From Azolla caroliniana (lineage: Eukaryota; Plantae; Polypodiophyta): a DNA stretch of 64,000 nt. Numbering within the stretch: the stretch's first letter is position 1; every line of letters starts with the position of its first letter. Positions 48,916 to 62,300 of the stretch are shown here, piece by piece. The notes beneath the pieces were generated by a model. It did no database searches, was not told the origin of the DNA, and saw nothing but the letters and a program-made list of their open reading frames with translations. A program made the translations under genes and the position numbers. The DNA is taken from positions 5,394,001-5,458,000 of the forward strand of contig JBHGNT010000007.1 in the NCBI GenBank assembly GCA_043228905.1, given 5' to 3'.

Positions 48916-49501
48916 GGGATGAAAGAAAAGAGGAATAAGAGATTAGTAGGAAATGAGAGAGACAAAAGGTAGGAAAAATCGGTTCAAACTGTCAGGAACA
49001 GTACTAAGACAGAGAAGGAATTAGTACTAAAAGAAGTATTAGTACTAAGAGAGGTGAAGAACTCTCGAGAGAAGGAAGGAGTGAGTGAGAGGGAGGGAGA
49101 GAGAGATCGAGAGAGAGAGAGAGAGTGATGATAAGAAAAGATATATATTATGTGAAGAAAATGTACAGTAGCTAGGAGGCTTAAGACTGGCGTTGAACCG
49201 ATTTGGTTCGAAATAATGCCTTGTGCCTCCTTTTATATTGCTCTCAGGAGTAGTCCTGAAGCTTCTAGAATGTTCTAGAGAAATCTGGAATATACATCAA
49301 TTTTCTATAATAAAATATAAATGAAAATAATATTTTATGTATTACAATGTATAGTCTAATGGTCAAGAACTCGACCCATGTAGCATAAGGTCATGGGTTC
49401 GAGTCTTGCCATATCATGACAGTCGCCGCTTGAACTCTCGGAATGCCTTCCTTGTGCCCCGATAGGTCTTCGCCGATGCAACCCACTGGTCAAAGTCGCG
49501 T

Positions 49502-52500
49502 TGTCGTGAAGAATTTCGGCCAAAGGCGGAAACCGAGAAACATTGGCTACATCGGCGGGGTGTAGCGTGTGTACGCACCCGTGTACATTTAGTGTGAATA
49601 TCGAGGGCCCCTTTATGGCGCCGAAGAGTAGTCAAGTCGAGACAGTCGATCCCATGTAAGTCGGGATTTGTCCCACATTGTAACGCATCCCTTTCCTTGT
49701 TCTATAAAAGGAAGGGAACGCTCTTTGTGTAAGGGTTGCCCATTTTGCATTAGAGGGTATACCGTTAGGTTTAGAGTTAGGTTTCTTCTCCTTCTTCTCC
49801 CCCTTCGTGTTTTGCTTAGGGTTTGCTTTGGTTCGGCCTCCTGTGCAAGACCCCGCTCGGCGTGACGAGCTAAGAGCTCCCCGACGGCGGCTTGGCAGCA
49901 GACGACTACTGTAACCTACCTCAGTCCGGCTCAAATCCGGGAATGTATTCTTCTTCTATATATATATACATACGTTTGTCTGTGTATATTCGCGTTGTTG
50001 GAGTCGGGTGCCTACCCTTTCCTGCGTTTTCTGTACATGAGGCGTGAGTCGGGTTGGGCTGTGTGTGTGCGTGTGTGTGTGTGTGTGCGTGAGTCGGTGT
50101 TAAGCACGCTCTCTCTCTCTCTCTCTCTCCCTTCGGTTGCTTCCGGTGTGCTTCTGGGATGCCCCGGAAACGGTGAAGTGCGACTTCCTATGCTCCGTCG
50201 CTCCCTAGTCCAAGACCCCCGTGGTCCCGCCTTTCCCCACGCACGCGCGTAACAACGCGACATATTTGGTGAAGTTGGAGTCGGCACAAGTGGTGATGAG
50301 GCGAGAAGCAGCGCAACAAGCGGTTGAGCGAGTGGTCGAAAGAGTCGGCCGTTTCAACGGGGACAAAGTCCCATCTTACTTGGAAGCCTACAACGCGGAA
50401 ATGGAGGAGCGTGGCGTAGACGAGGCGTTGAGGCTGGAGTTCTTCTGCCAGGTCGTAGTTGTCCGGATGCATGCAGACATAAAGGAGCTCCGTGAGGCTC
50501 ATAGTTCGTGGGAGGCCTTTGAAATGGCGCTCTTGAAGGCATACGGAGGACGGCAGAAGAGCCGGGGACGACACAACTTTGACCAGTGGGTAGCATCGGC
50601 AAAGACCCACCGGGGCGCGACTAAGGCGTTCCGAGAGTTCGAGCGACGGCTTGCTCGGCTCCCGAAGCGGGATCAAGGTTTAGTGGGGACAGACAAAGTC
50701 CTTTTGTTCGTCAGGTCGATCGACCGAGCGGAATGAGAAGCCATCTGGATTGAGCTCGAAGACGATGACGGAGCGAATGGGCTTACAGAGGACTGGTCGA
50801 AGGTCGGAAGGGTGTGCCAACGGCTAGACAACAAGCGAGCCGAGAAGGCTAAGAGGAAGGTACGCGACGACGTGCCATCACAACGGGAAGAGGCCGAATG
50901 GCAAAGAGAGTCGGCAAGGGTCGGCGTTGGGGCCAGAATTGCGGAGGCGTACGCAGCTCTCGAGGCGATGCTCGAGGAAGAGGAAAGACGGAGGCCGCAA
51001 GCCGAGACTGAGAAGACGGCCTTGCCCCACACGACGGCGGAAGATCAGTACCACGGTACCACGGGAGAGGGTGCGGAACGGAACGCCCTCTCGACTTGCA
51101 GAGAAAGAACGGCCAAGGACGAGGCCGAGATACTGATCGCGGAATCGGAACGTTGGGACCAGCGGTTTCGGGTGTGTCAGCCCGAGATCCTGGTCATTGG
51201 GGAAGCAAGCCCAGACGGGGCTTGCGCAATCGGTAAGAAGACGACCGCCGACCACGAAGAGTCGGTGGCTACGGACAAGGGCGTAAAACGGACGGGCGAT
51301 TCTTTGTGTCTTCCCACACTTGCTCCCGAGACGATGGCAGTCGGGCCCGAGTGCCCACGTGAGTCCCAAGCGGAGGAAGGCGGCGGCAGGCCAAGAATCA
51401 TCGGCGAGACGATACGGGGAAGGAGCGGACGAAAGCCCACGGACCCGATTTCGGAGAACTCGACATTCGGGCCCGTATGCCCATGTAAGACCGAGGAGAT
51501 GGATGGCGGTACCGAGGAGTCCTGGCACGATGCCAGCGAAGACAGATGGAAAACTGCCTGCGAGGAGGCCGAGGACGGAAGCGGCGCGAGAAGATCGGCA
51601 TTCGGATTCGTATGGAGCAGAATCCAGTCATGGATCGTTCGATCGGGGCCGAATTCGGCATGAAGGTGCCGATACGGGAGAGGGTGCGGGACGAGCTGCC
51701 CTCTTTTACATGGGGAGAAAGACCGATCGGGCGAAGGTCAAGATCTGGAAAGAGAATGCAAGCCGGTCCTATGGGATTCCTTACACCGATCCGGCTGCAG
51801 GCCCGAGGGCCAGCGTGAGTCCTATAAGAGAGATCGGTGGCGACAGGAGAACGGGACTCGGCAATCCGGAGAAGGACGAACGGACCCGGCCGAGAACTGG
51901 GCGGAACGGACTCCTGGATGACCATTCCGGGAGGGAGGAAGAAAGCGAGGCCTATGAAGAGGCCGAGGAGATGGTACGTCAGTACCACGGGAGAGGGTGC
52001 GGAGTAAACCGCCCTCTCGGCATGCGGAAAAGGACGACCCGGGATAGGGTCGGAAAATACGGATCGGGAGCCTACGGAGGATCCTTCACACCGGTTCTAG
52101 AGACTTCGGTAGTCGGCAACGCGGTCGACGTAAGACCAAGATACTGACGGTGGCGGCGAGGTGACGAAGGCAAGGGCTACGGATCGGGAGCCTACGGAGG
52201 ATCCTTCACACCGGTTCTAGAGACTTCGGCAGTCGGCAACGCGGTCGACGTAAGACCACGATACTGACGGTGGCGGCGAGGTGACGAAGGCAAGGGCTAC
52301 GGATCGGGCGCGTACGGAGGATCCTTCACACCGGTTCTAGAGACTTCGGCAGTCGGCAACGCGGTCGACGTAAGACCAAGATACTGACGGTGGCGGCGAG
52401 GTGAAGAAGGCAAGGGCTACGGATCGGGAGCCTATGGAGGATCCTTCACACCGGTTCTAGAGACTTCGGCAATCGGCAACGCGGTCGACGTAAGACCAAG

Positions 52501-53090
52501 ATATTGACGGTGGCGGCGAGGTGACGAAGGCAAGGGCTACGGCAAGGAGGTATCAGGCCGGCGAGGCGGCCACGAACCAAATCGGACCTTCCGGCAAAGT
52601 CAGTGGGCGTAAGGAAGTCCGGTCCTACGGGATCCCCACACCGGTTCCGGAGACCCCGGCTGTTCGGCCAAGGTGGCAACGTAAGACCAAGGGAGAAGGA
52701 AGGTGGCGGCGGGAAACGGGACCCGACTACGCGGAAGACACGAGGAGAGTCCGGGAGGGACTCAAACAAACGACACCCGAATTTCGGGAAGCATAGAAAC
52801 GGAGTCCGGTCCTATGGGACCCTCACACCGATCCGAAGAATCTGGCTGTTCGGCCAACGTGGCAATGTAAGACCGAGGGAGAAGGAAGGTGGCGGCAGGG
52901 AACGAGACCCGACGACACGAGGTTTCGGAAGGAGCCGGTAGGGGTGAACACGGGGAGGTGTGTTAGGCCGGAAAGGCACACCTTGCATGGAATAAGAGTC
53001 TCACAAGTGGCCATCGCGGGCCGGATCAAAGCGTGACTACGGGACACTGGAAAGGATGTCGGACCCTCACGGAGATACGAAACCCGATTC
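49502..53090 (+). mobile_element. Non-autonomous Trp-family element (copy 4): 5' LTR, truncated PBS, gag-like ORF
   Basis: LTR 49502-50262 is homologous to LTR 2964-4380/1-123. PBS is cut to tggtgaa. GRFNGD gag at 50270-51663 with one stop. Confidence 0.78.
52058..52542. repeat. 4 x 120-bp tandem repeat
   Basis: Unit starts tacggatcggg at 52058, 52178, 52298 and 52418. Confidence 0.93.
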
Positions 53091-56000
53091 GGGCCGAAAC
53101 AGAACGAGGCCGGTGAGACTAGTGCCCGGGATAACCACAAGAACGGCGGATACCGGTTGGGCACGGAGATCGAAAGGACCACGGACCTACGAAAGGTCCT
53201 GGAAGAACGAATCCTCGACAGCAAGGTGGAACTGTCGTTGCGGGAGGTGCTCGGAATCGCCAAGAAGGAGTTCCACGACTCCATCGTAGACTTGGTGAAG
53301 AGGAAGAGGCTGTCGAAGGAGACAGAACCGGAAAGGCCGGTGGAGGTGCGGACGACGCACATAGAGGACATGGCGCTGGAAGACGAGTGGGTGGAGAGCC
53401 ACTATTCGAGGCCACACTGGGCCCGAGTGACCACGGAAACCCTGGTGAAGATCGGAGATGTTCAGGAACCGGTGGTGGCGCTGGTGGACCACGGTTCGGA
53501 AATAAACCTGATGTCCATGGACTTCTACAAGAAGGGGAAATGGCCGATCAACACCAAGCACGGGTGGAAGATACGGGCGGCGACGCGTGCCACCGAGGAA
53601 CTACACGAGGCCTGCCCAAACGTGCGAGTCAAGATCGGCGACGTCGAGATAGACCAACACTTCTTTGTGCAGGAGACGTCCTCGCACCCGGTCATACTGG
53701 GAGAACCGTACATTACGGCAGCACGGATGGAGACCAAGGTGCTGGACAACGGGTCGGCTTACGCGAGGGTCAAGAGTCAGGACGGGCGTCATTCGGTCCA
53801 GTTCCTGATGGTGCGACCGAACCACGAGCGAAACCGTGAGTCCCTCGGTGGCGAGAACCGAGAGGATTTTTAGAGAGGCCTGTCAAGGCGTGGGGCCGCG
53901 ATAGTCCGGACACTCCGGGAGAACCCCACAAATGTACGCTAGAGGCGAAACCGAAGAAACCTTGTACCATAAGTAGGAAGTTTTGTTTCTCCGACAACGG
54001 AGGGTGTACGATAGTTGGCGTCGTTGGCCGAGAAAAGACAAGGGCGGAAGAGCGACTTCGGGCCCAGCGAGGAAATCAACGGAGCCGTGGAGGCGGTCTC
54101 CTTCGACGATACCTTGGGAATACTATGAGAGGTGGTCGGAGAGGTCCTTAAAGAGGACCGGACGATACCGGTTTGTTCGGAAGAGATGTACGAAGTCATC
54201 GCGAACTTCAGTCGGGGGCTCAGGTTGGATCGGACGGCCCGGGTTAATACGAAGTACAAGACTGTGGACCGGAAGGCCAGTCGTGGCACCCTTACCGGAG
54301 GGTAGCGAGTTGCAAATCAAGGGGGTCACGTCGGACCCCAGTTTATGAGATCCGGGCTGCATAGGACACACCTTTACCGACAGAACGCTACGGGAGCTCA
54401 AAATCGGTGGGGGCGGGTTCCTACTGCCGGCGGAAGAAGACCGGTTTCGGAGAATGCTCGGAAGGCACGGAAAAGCCTTCGCATTCTCACCGGAAGAGAT
54501 CGGGTGCGTAGACCCGACAGTCGTGAAGCTGATGGTGATATTCACGGTACCGCATGTGCCGTGGAATCTCAAACCAATTCTGGTACCGAGAGCTCACATC
54601 CCGGAGCTGATGGAGCTGTTGAGGCAGAAAGTCGATATGGGCATCCTCGAACCGTCGAGTGCCCCGTACTCGAACCGGTGGTTTACCGTACCGAAGAAGA
54701 ACGGGACGTTGCGCTTCATTCAAGACCTGCAATCGGTCAACAGAGTGACCATTCGGAACGTAGGAATCAGACCAACAATAGACGAGTTCGCGAAGGCCTT
54801 CGCCGGAAGGTCGATCTACTCGGTCGGTGATCTGTACTCGGGGTACGATCAATTCCAACTAGCCATGGAGAGCAGAGACATTACGACGATGCGAACTCCT
54901 CTTGGCCTAGTGCGGATGTGTACCCTGCCACAAGGAGGGACGAACTCGGTGGCCCACATGGTGAATGCGATGAACAAGGTGTTGAGGGATTGTATCCCGG
55001 ACATCACCATGCCATTCTTGGACGACATCCCGATCAAGGGATGTCCGGTGGAGGAAAAAGACGAAATGATCGGACCGGACGGATGCCGGAAATTCGTGGC
55101 GACACACATTGACGACTACGAGAGGGTGCTGCACTGGCTAGAGGATGCGAGGCTCACCTTCTCCGGGGAGAAATCGGCCTTCGGGCAATCAGAGATCATG
55201 GTCGTCGGACATCTATGCGGACCGTATGGCCGGAAACCGTCTCCGGCTAAGGTGGAAGCCATCTCCGTAATGAAGCCCGATTGTAACTCGGTCACGGAGG
55301 TGCGGAGGTTCTTGGGAGCATGCGCGTTCTACCACATATGGATCCCGCACTACGCCCACGTTGCCGAGCCGCTGTACGGGTTGCTGAAAAAGGGGCGAAA
55401 ATTCGAGTGGCGAGACGAGCATATGGAGTCGGTCCGAAAGATGAAGGAGGCTCTTGCTGCAGCTCCGGCACTCCGGAAGTCTGTCTACGAGAAAGGCACT
55501 CCCATCTACATAACGGTAGATACAAGTCCGACCGGGATCGGATGGGTCGTCAACCAAGAAGATGAGGACGGCATTCGGTTCCCAATCCGGTTCGGTGCGA
55601 AGGTCCTCAGCGAGCGACAACGAGGATACGCCCAAGTTAAACGCGAACTCTGGGGTATCGTTTCGGCGGTGAAGGCCGATAAAGACTATCTGATCGGGAC
55701 AGAGGTGATTATTGAGACGGACTGCCTGCCGATTCTCGGCATGGTTTCCGGATGCGCAATCCCGGACCTGGCGATGCTCAGGTGGATAGCGTACATCAAG
55801 TCCCTGGATCCAGAAATACGACACATTTCCGGGAAAGACAATGCCATGGCCGACATGCTTTCGAGGGCGTGATTCGACGATGAGGGCGATATGGTTTCGG
55901 AGGACGAGGACGTCGGCGTGGACTTCTTCGAGGCGGCTTACGTAACAACCGAGGGGGGGAGCACTCCGGCGCTTAACGATTTCAACGAGAACAAGTACGA

Positions 56001-58074
56001 CGGGGAGTGGCTGCAGATTGGGGGATTCTTGAGGACGATGACGCCGGACGCGTCATGGACAAAGAACGAGGCCAACCGGATCTGGAAGAAAGCATACCGA
56101 TTCTTTCTCCGGGACGGGTACCTGTGGAAGCACCCGAAGAAGAGAAACGGCATCCCGCTCCGAGTAGTGGCGATGGAGGAGGAACAGGAGGAGCTGTTGA
56201 AGGCCTACCATGACAGCCCCTGGGCTGGACACCGTGGGACGTGGGCCACGTTCGAGAAACTAAAGGGGAAGTACTGGTAGCCGGGACTGTACCGAGACGT
56301 GCATCGGTTCGTGACAACTTGTGAGAGCTGTCAGTTACACTCCATAGTCCGACATCGGGACAAGCTTCACCCTACATACCCTCCGGCCATCCACTTCAAA
56401 TGGATGGTAGATTTGGTGACGATACCGATGGGCGTAGGGCAGATGCGATATCTGGTGCTAGCCCGGGAGGACCTGACAAACCAGGTGGAAGGACGAGCCC
56501 TGCAGAACAAAACGACCGCGGCCGTGTGTCGGTTCCTGATCGAGGATATGATATGCCGGTACGGGTGCGTCGGGAAGATTGTGGCTGACCGCGGGGAGTT
56601 GGACGCCGAAGAAGCCGAGGAGTTGTTCGACCGGTTAGGGGTCAAGCTCTCGCTCACCACAACGTACAATCTGGAGGCGAATGGGAAGGTGAAGCGCGGA
56701 CACGGACCGATCGTCAAAGCGCTAGTCCGGGCTTGCGGAGGCCAGGTCGGGAACTAGCCACGACTGTTACCTTATGCCTTGTGGGCGGACCGGACAACGC
56801 ACAGTTCGGTAACCGGGTTCATGCCGTCAGAGCTCATGTTCGGATAGAAGCCGATCATGCCGATGGAACGGACGATCTCCTCTTGGGCGACAGTGGACTG
56901 GAGAGACGAGATGAGCCGGGAAGAACTGCTAGCGGCGCGTATACGGTAGCTCGAGCGGAGGCCAGAGGACGTGGAATGAGCGACGGAGAGACTTCGGACG
57001 ACGAGGATGAGGAACAAAGGCCGGTTCGACCGAACGCACCGGCTCCGACCAAAGAAAATCGAGGAAGGCGACTGGGTGCTAGTCTACAACAACAGCCTCG
57101 ACAACCAACACCGGGCAACACAGAAGTTTGCCAAGCGGTGGTTCGGGCCTTACGTGGTAACGAGCGCCAACGACAACGAGACCTATCACCTGGCGGAACT
57201 CGACGGTACGAGGATGGCGATACCGGTAGCAGGGAAGCGGATCAAAGCGTTCAAGAAGCGCCACGACGGCGAACCGGATCTAAGAGGCCTGGACAGCGAC
57301 GATGGACAGTCCGAAACGGAGGACGAACCGATGGACGAGGAACCGGAACCCGGACCAGTTTTCTCCAACCAGAACCCAATTTTGGCGCATACCGGTGGAT
57401 GCGCGGTTAGGTGGGGGCGGATGTCGTGAAGAAAACCGTCCCTTAGCGTAATCGGTGCATAGCGCTCGTGAACCGGCTCTTCACGCGTGCGCGCCCTTTA
57501 ATGTATATAATAGAGAATGGGGTACAAAGGAATATCCTAGGTAGTTAGATTCGGTAGGTAGGAAGTTAATGAGGGAAACGGCTCCCCTCTTGAAGCTATA
57601 AAAGAGAGGGAGACGCGGGGAGACAGGGGCATTAAATTTATTGAGGAGGACGAAGTGCTGTCGGACCGAAACCGAACGCTTCTCCTCTGTTCGTTCTCCA
57701 TCGCTCTTCTTTGCAAGTTTTCGGGAGGCTCGCGCTGCTTCGAGGAACGCCCGTGTGCTTCCGGCAACAACTCCATCCTATCCCCTTTCGTGCGCAGACG
57801 AACAGGCATCAGCATCTGTCTGCCGGCCTGTTCGGTTGTAACCGCTCGCGTGCTCTGTTGTTTATTTGTCATTCATTAATATACAAACATTCGTGTCTCT
57901 GTCTCTGTGTCCGTTCGTGTCTTCTACGTTGACAGGGCCGTGTCCCTGTGTTTCTTTGCTCATACGTAACCGAGCGTCTCTCTCTTTCTCTTTCCCCTTT
58001 TATCACCTGCTCTTTGGTTCAAGACCCCGGTGGTCCCGCCTCGTTTCTCCACGCACGCACGTAGTAACGCGACA
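53090..58074 (+). mobile_element. 3' part of a second autonomous-type Trp-family Gypsy (PR-RT-RH-IN plus 3' LTR)
   Basis: PR ORF 53157-53873 and pol fragments 54454-57429 are highly similar to 22174-26172; PPT ggtgggggcgga; LTR 57422-58074. Confidence 0.88.
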
Positions 58075-58580
58075 ACGTGTCCACCTATGTAAGAGCCGGT
58101 TCATGCGCCTTTTTCTCCAATTCCACCTATGGCCGGTTTTCTTCACAACACCGGTCTGAACCATTGGCTCCGGTTCCATCCTCGCACTCGCCTCTCCGTA
58201 GGCTCATTTGACCTGTCGACAAGTCGTTCGCCGCGATCTATTCTCATACGCATGCTTGTCTCGTGGCCCTTGATCGACCATATGCATGCCCTTTTCTATG
58301 CCGTATACCCCGTCCAGGCACCTCCGTGTGCCGCGTAACTCTTGACTATGCCCCGCAAGAGGCTCAGCCCGTCGTCCTCCTTCGTTCGTCGCCACCCGTG
58401 CTGAACTCCGACCTTTCTCCATGCACGCTTCATCAGCCCCTGCCCGGCTAGATCGTGCATCATCGCTTGTCGTTTCTCTGCATACCGGTGTCCTCCGCGT
58501 TCGAGGAACACCCTGTGTCGGCCCGCTTGGTCCCTTTCGTTCCACGTTGCTACAACTGGTTTGGCACCATACACTTCACT
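58075..58580 (-). mobile_element. LTR end fragment plus internal fragment of the Trp family
   Basis: 58075-58150 resembles the LTR end (...ggttttcttcacaaca). About 58165-58575 resembles 40453-41123 with a deletion. Confidence 0.6.
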
Positions 58581-58929
58581 ATAATAAGTTCATTATGAGG
58601 TGTAAGTTCATTATAATAAAATATAAGTTGTGAATTATGAGTTATAAGTTAGTATTTCAAGATATATATAATATATATTTGATTTCAAAGATAAGTTGTG
58701 GTCTATTGTTTTGAATGATCCTTTTGATCCTCCATCACCACTTGCGGATAGAGGCTCAATGCTTGTCCACGCATGTGTGACACGCACTACGTGACACCGT
58801 GAGGCTACCGAAATATTTTGGCATAGTGGATTGGAAAGGGATATCCACCCGGGCCTCTAGAGTAGAACACAAAGATGCAAGCAGATTCTAGATCAAGTTT
58901 GGAGGATTCGATCATGTACAAGAAGATTG

Positions 58930-59330
58930 TGGGAGTTGTGAGTCAGTGCATGTAGAACCTCGAAAGCCCCATCTAGATTGTGTCAAGAGGATCCAGAGAC
59001 ATGTTAAATCCAGGATGGACTTTGGTGTTTGGGACGGTGCATTAGCGCTAGTTGGGCTGAGCGGGTACACAAACGTTGATTGGGCAGGAAGCCTTGTGGA
59101 TACATGTTATTGCTTGGTAGTAGAGTAGTAGCATGGAGCAACCAACGATCACGGTCTCCAGCACAGAAGCACAATGCAAAGGAGTAGTAGTTGTTGCTTG
59201 TGAAGTTGTTTAGCTGAAGAATATTCTACTTGATCTAGGAATCAAAGCACTAAGCATGACAACAATATACCACAATAACATAAGCAGTAATCAGCTTGCT
59301 ATAGCAATCCTAGTAGCCCTACACCTTCAA
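58930..59330 (+). pseudogene. Highly degenerate Ty1/Copia RT-end/RNase H fragment
   Basis: HLDCVKRIQRHVK...GYTNVDWAG followed by an SSTEA-like motif. Confidence 0.65.
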
Positions 59331-59337
59331 ATCGTTT

Positions 59338-62300
59338 TGAAGTATAGCCAACTAGATGAGGTGTTAAATGAGTAATTCCATGTTGAGAATCGATCTCAAC
59401 TTCCCACAGAGATAGTGTTCACACTAACCAGTGGACAACATACTAGGCTAGTTTTGTAATTAGTAGAAAGGGCACTTGCCCTAGATCAGTTGGTATTTAA
59501 ACCAACCCTTTGTAACTTAGTTACTGTTGGATGTAATTCTATTTTACGTATATAGCTTCTTGTTCAAGCTCTCTCTCTCTCTCTTGCCTTATGTGTATTC
59601 ACACACATAGAGTTCGCTTTCATTGCAAAGCACCACCTACGTCTCTCCTTCTTTGCATGGTATCAGAGCGTGTCATTGGCTGATCAACTCGCTAACTGTG
59701 ATGTGATCACAACATCAACGATTAACAGAACCGGTTCAAGCAACAAAGAAAGAAATCAACATCATGAATACTCAGATGGGAAGCGCTCTTCCTACGGAGA
59801 AGCTAGACAGGACAAACTTTGCATCATGGGAATACAAGATGCATCAATACCTTGTCAGACAAGTTATTGGAGCTATATCGAAGGAGCTCACGAAACGCAA
59901 CCCAACCCAACACACGTTGACTACCCAGCGTGGGAGTAGGTCACAAGTTGTGTGTTGTATTGCCTTGCATCATGCGTACATGATCACATGTTCGACTATA
60001 TTCGAGAGTTGAAAACACCAAAAGAAGCTTGGGGCAATCTCAAGAAGATTTCTACAGCCAATACGGCTGCACGAAAGCTCCAACTTTGACAGGATTTGAA
60101 TAACATGCAACAGAGGGATATGTCGATCACCAGCTATACCTTGAAGATCAAGGAGTTGTGCGACGCCCTCGGATCGATCAATGTCGTCATCGATGATGAA
60201 GAAATGGTGGAAATATATGCCTCAACGGCTTGGCACCTAGATTTGGCACGATTAGATCGGCCATTCTCGCAAGAGAGAATCCACCTTCCCTTTCCTACCT
60301 TCAGTCGATACTATTGGTGGAGGAAAATCATGCCCGACAAAGGAGAAATGCACCCGATGGTCAGAAGATAGAAGAGGATTTGGCCGAGCAAATAGAGGTC
60401 GATTCAGTCAAGGGCGACAGAGTCAACCGACCCGAGAATGCAACTCCTACCAATGGCAAGATGGTAGGAGCAATCCAAGAGAGTTCAACAAAAGTGGTAG
60501 CCATCCTGCCGAACCAAGCCATCACAATAACCTAATCGAATGCGGTGTGGTGAAGGATTTGCTTCACGATATAAAAATGAACTTAAATATTATATTCAAT
60601 AATATTTTAGAGACTTGAACCCATAACCTCACACACCAAGTGTGAAGTACACACCACTAGGTAAGGTGTTGTAAAGGATATAAAATTAAATTAAATATTG
60701 TGTTGAGTAACATTAAGAGACTTAAACCCACAACCTTACATGCCAACTACAAAGCATATACCACTAGACTAGGTTATTTGTTTTTAGAATTATATTTTCA
60801 TGATTCTACTTATCCCATGCCTATTTTCATACATGAAAGCTCAAGTGAGTGAGATGTCTATCATGCATCATGTGTAATGCAAGTCTTTTACCCTCACATG
60901 CATTATATGCATGGGGGCACCTATAAAAAGTGGGGAATCAAGTAAGGGAGAAATCAAAAGAAAGTTAGAGAAATAATATGATCAAACAAACAAGTTAGTT
61001 CATTTGGGAAGAGGCTCGTGTTTCGAAATTGGAGTCAAGGGAAAGAAAAGTCGCATTTTGTGATCGACATTGTAACTTTGGTAAAATATTGTGTTGTTAA
61101 TATAAAGCTTGGTCTTATAATACATTTTCACTTCCTAAATCATACATTGTCTCTTATCTCTTATCTATGATCATCTGTCTCGCACACATTACTTCTAACT
61201 CTTGTTCTTCCTATCCTTAATCTTTCTAACATTGTTGCACAAACCTTATAAAATATATAGCCAACTTCCTTTAACCTTAGTCCTTGCAACTTCGCCGCAT
61301 GAACCACAACTACCCCAAAAATGGGTACTATGGAAAACTCGGCCACTACGAAGAGGAGTGTCGAAAGAAGCAACGAGAATCAGCCTTGACTAGTCGACAA
61401 CTCACAAACTATGCTTCAAATTTCGACTACGACGATCGTGGCGGAATGTTCATGATGGGGCACAAAGCGCATTCAATGTCAACACAAGGTGAGAGAAGCA
61501 CATCTCCTTCAGATAATGTATGGTTTGTTAACTCGGGAGCATCCAATCATATGACTTCCCACGAAGATTGGTTCTGAGAATTACGAAAGCCCGATTGGTC
61601 CGGCTATGTTGAATCCGGAGATGACACAACTCACTTGATTCGGCATATCGAAAATGTCCAATTCGGGAACGATGGCAAACAAACCTACCTCAAAAAATTC
61701 TTGCATGTCCTAACCATCACGAAAAATCTTGTCTCTATCGGCAAGATAGTAGAACAAGGCATGCAAGTGCGGTTCAATATTGACGGGTGCTTCATTGACA
61801 AAGATGATCAAATCATAGTGCACGATCATCAAGAAGGCCGGATGTTCATCCTCGAGTCCACCATGTTCACAAACGGCATCAGAGTCGAAACCGACTTGAA
61901 ACTGTGGCACAAGCGAATCGGCCACATTAATCTCCAAAAGCTTAAAAGGATGCATGCAAAAGGAGTCATAATCGGACTTTCGACATTTACCCAGAAGGAG
62001 ATTACGGGTGTATGTGAAGTCTGCCAATTCGGCAAACAACATCGACAACCATTCCCAAAAGAAGAGAATATGAGCAAAGGGATCCTTGATGTCGTACATT
62101 CAGATGTATGGGGATGTCGATACTATGTCATGTTTATCGATGACTTCTCGAGGCATGTATGGATTTATCCGATGGGGCAGAAGAGTGAAGTGTTCGGACA
62201 CTTCCAAAGGTTTAAAAACAAAGTCGAAAAATCCACAAGTCGGCATGTTTGATGCCTTTGATCGGATGGAGCCAAAGACTATTTCTTGGACAAATTTATG

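Larger units (their letters stand above)
44689..49421 (-). mobile_element. Chromovirus (Tcn1/Tf1-like Ty3/Gypsy) with the integrase core deleted
   Basis: LTRs 44689-45129 and 48990-49421; TSD gccgc/gtcgc; PPT aaagggggatag; gag with CLYCGGPGHIAINC, PR LLDSG, RT, RH and chromodomain. Confidence 0.92.
40429..49501 (-). mobile_element. Fragmented non-autonomous Trp-family element (copy 3), hosting a solo LTR and a chromovirus
   Basis: Segments 40429-43701, 44448-44688 and 49422-49501 are homologous to the interior and gag of copies 1 and 2 (EEESWHDA, FDQWVASAKT). Its own LTRs are not seen. Confidence 0.65.

Noticed and set aside
49349-49416. Functional tRNA gene
   Set aside because: A/B boxes are present, but I could not fold a convincing acceptor or anticodon stem; kept only as tRNA-like.
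49502-58074. Single intact element with a gcgt/acgt TSD
   Set aside because: The two LTRs are of different types and the flanks come from different hosts; the match is explained by the family's CpG target preference.
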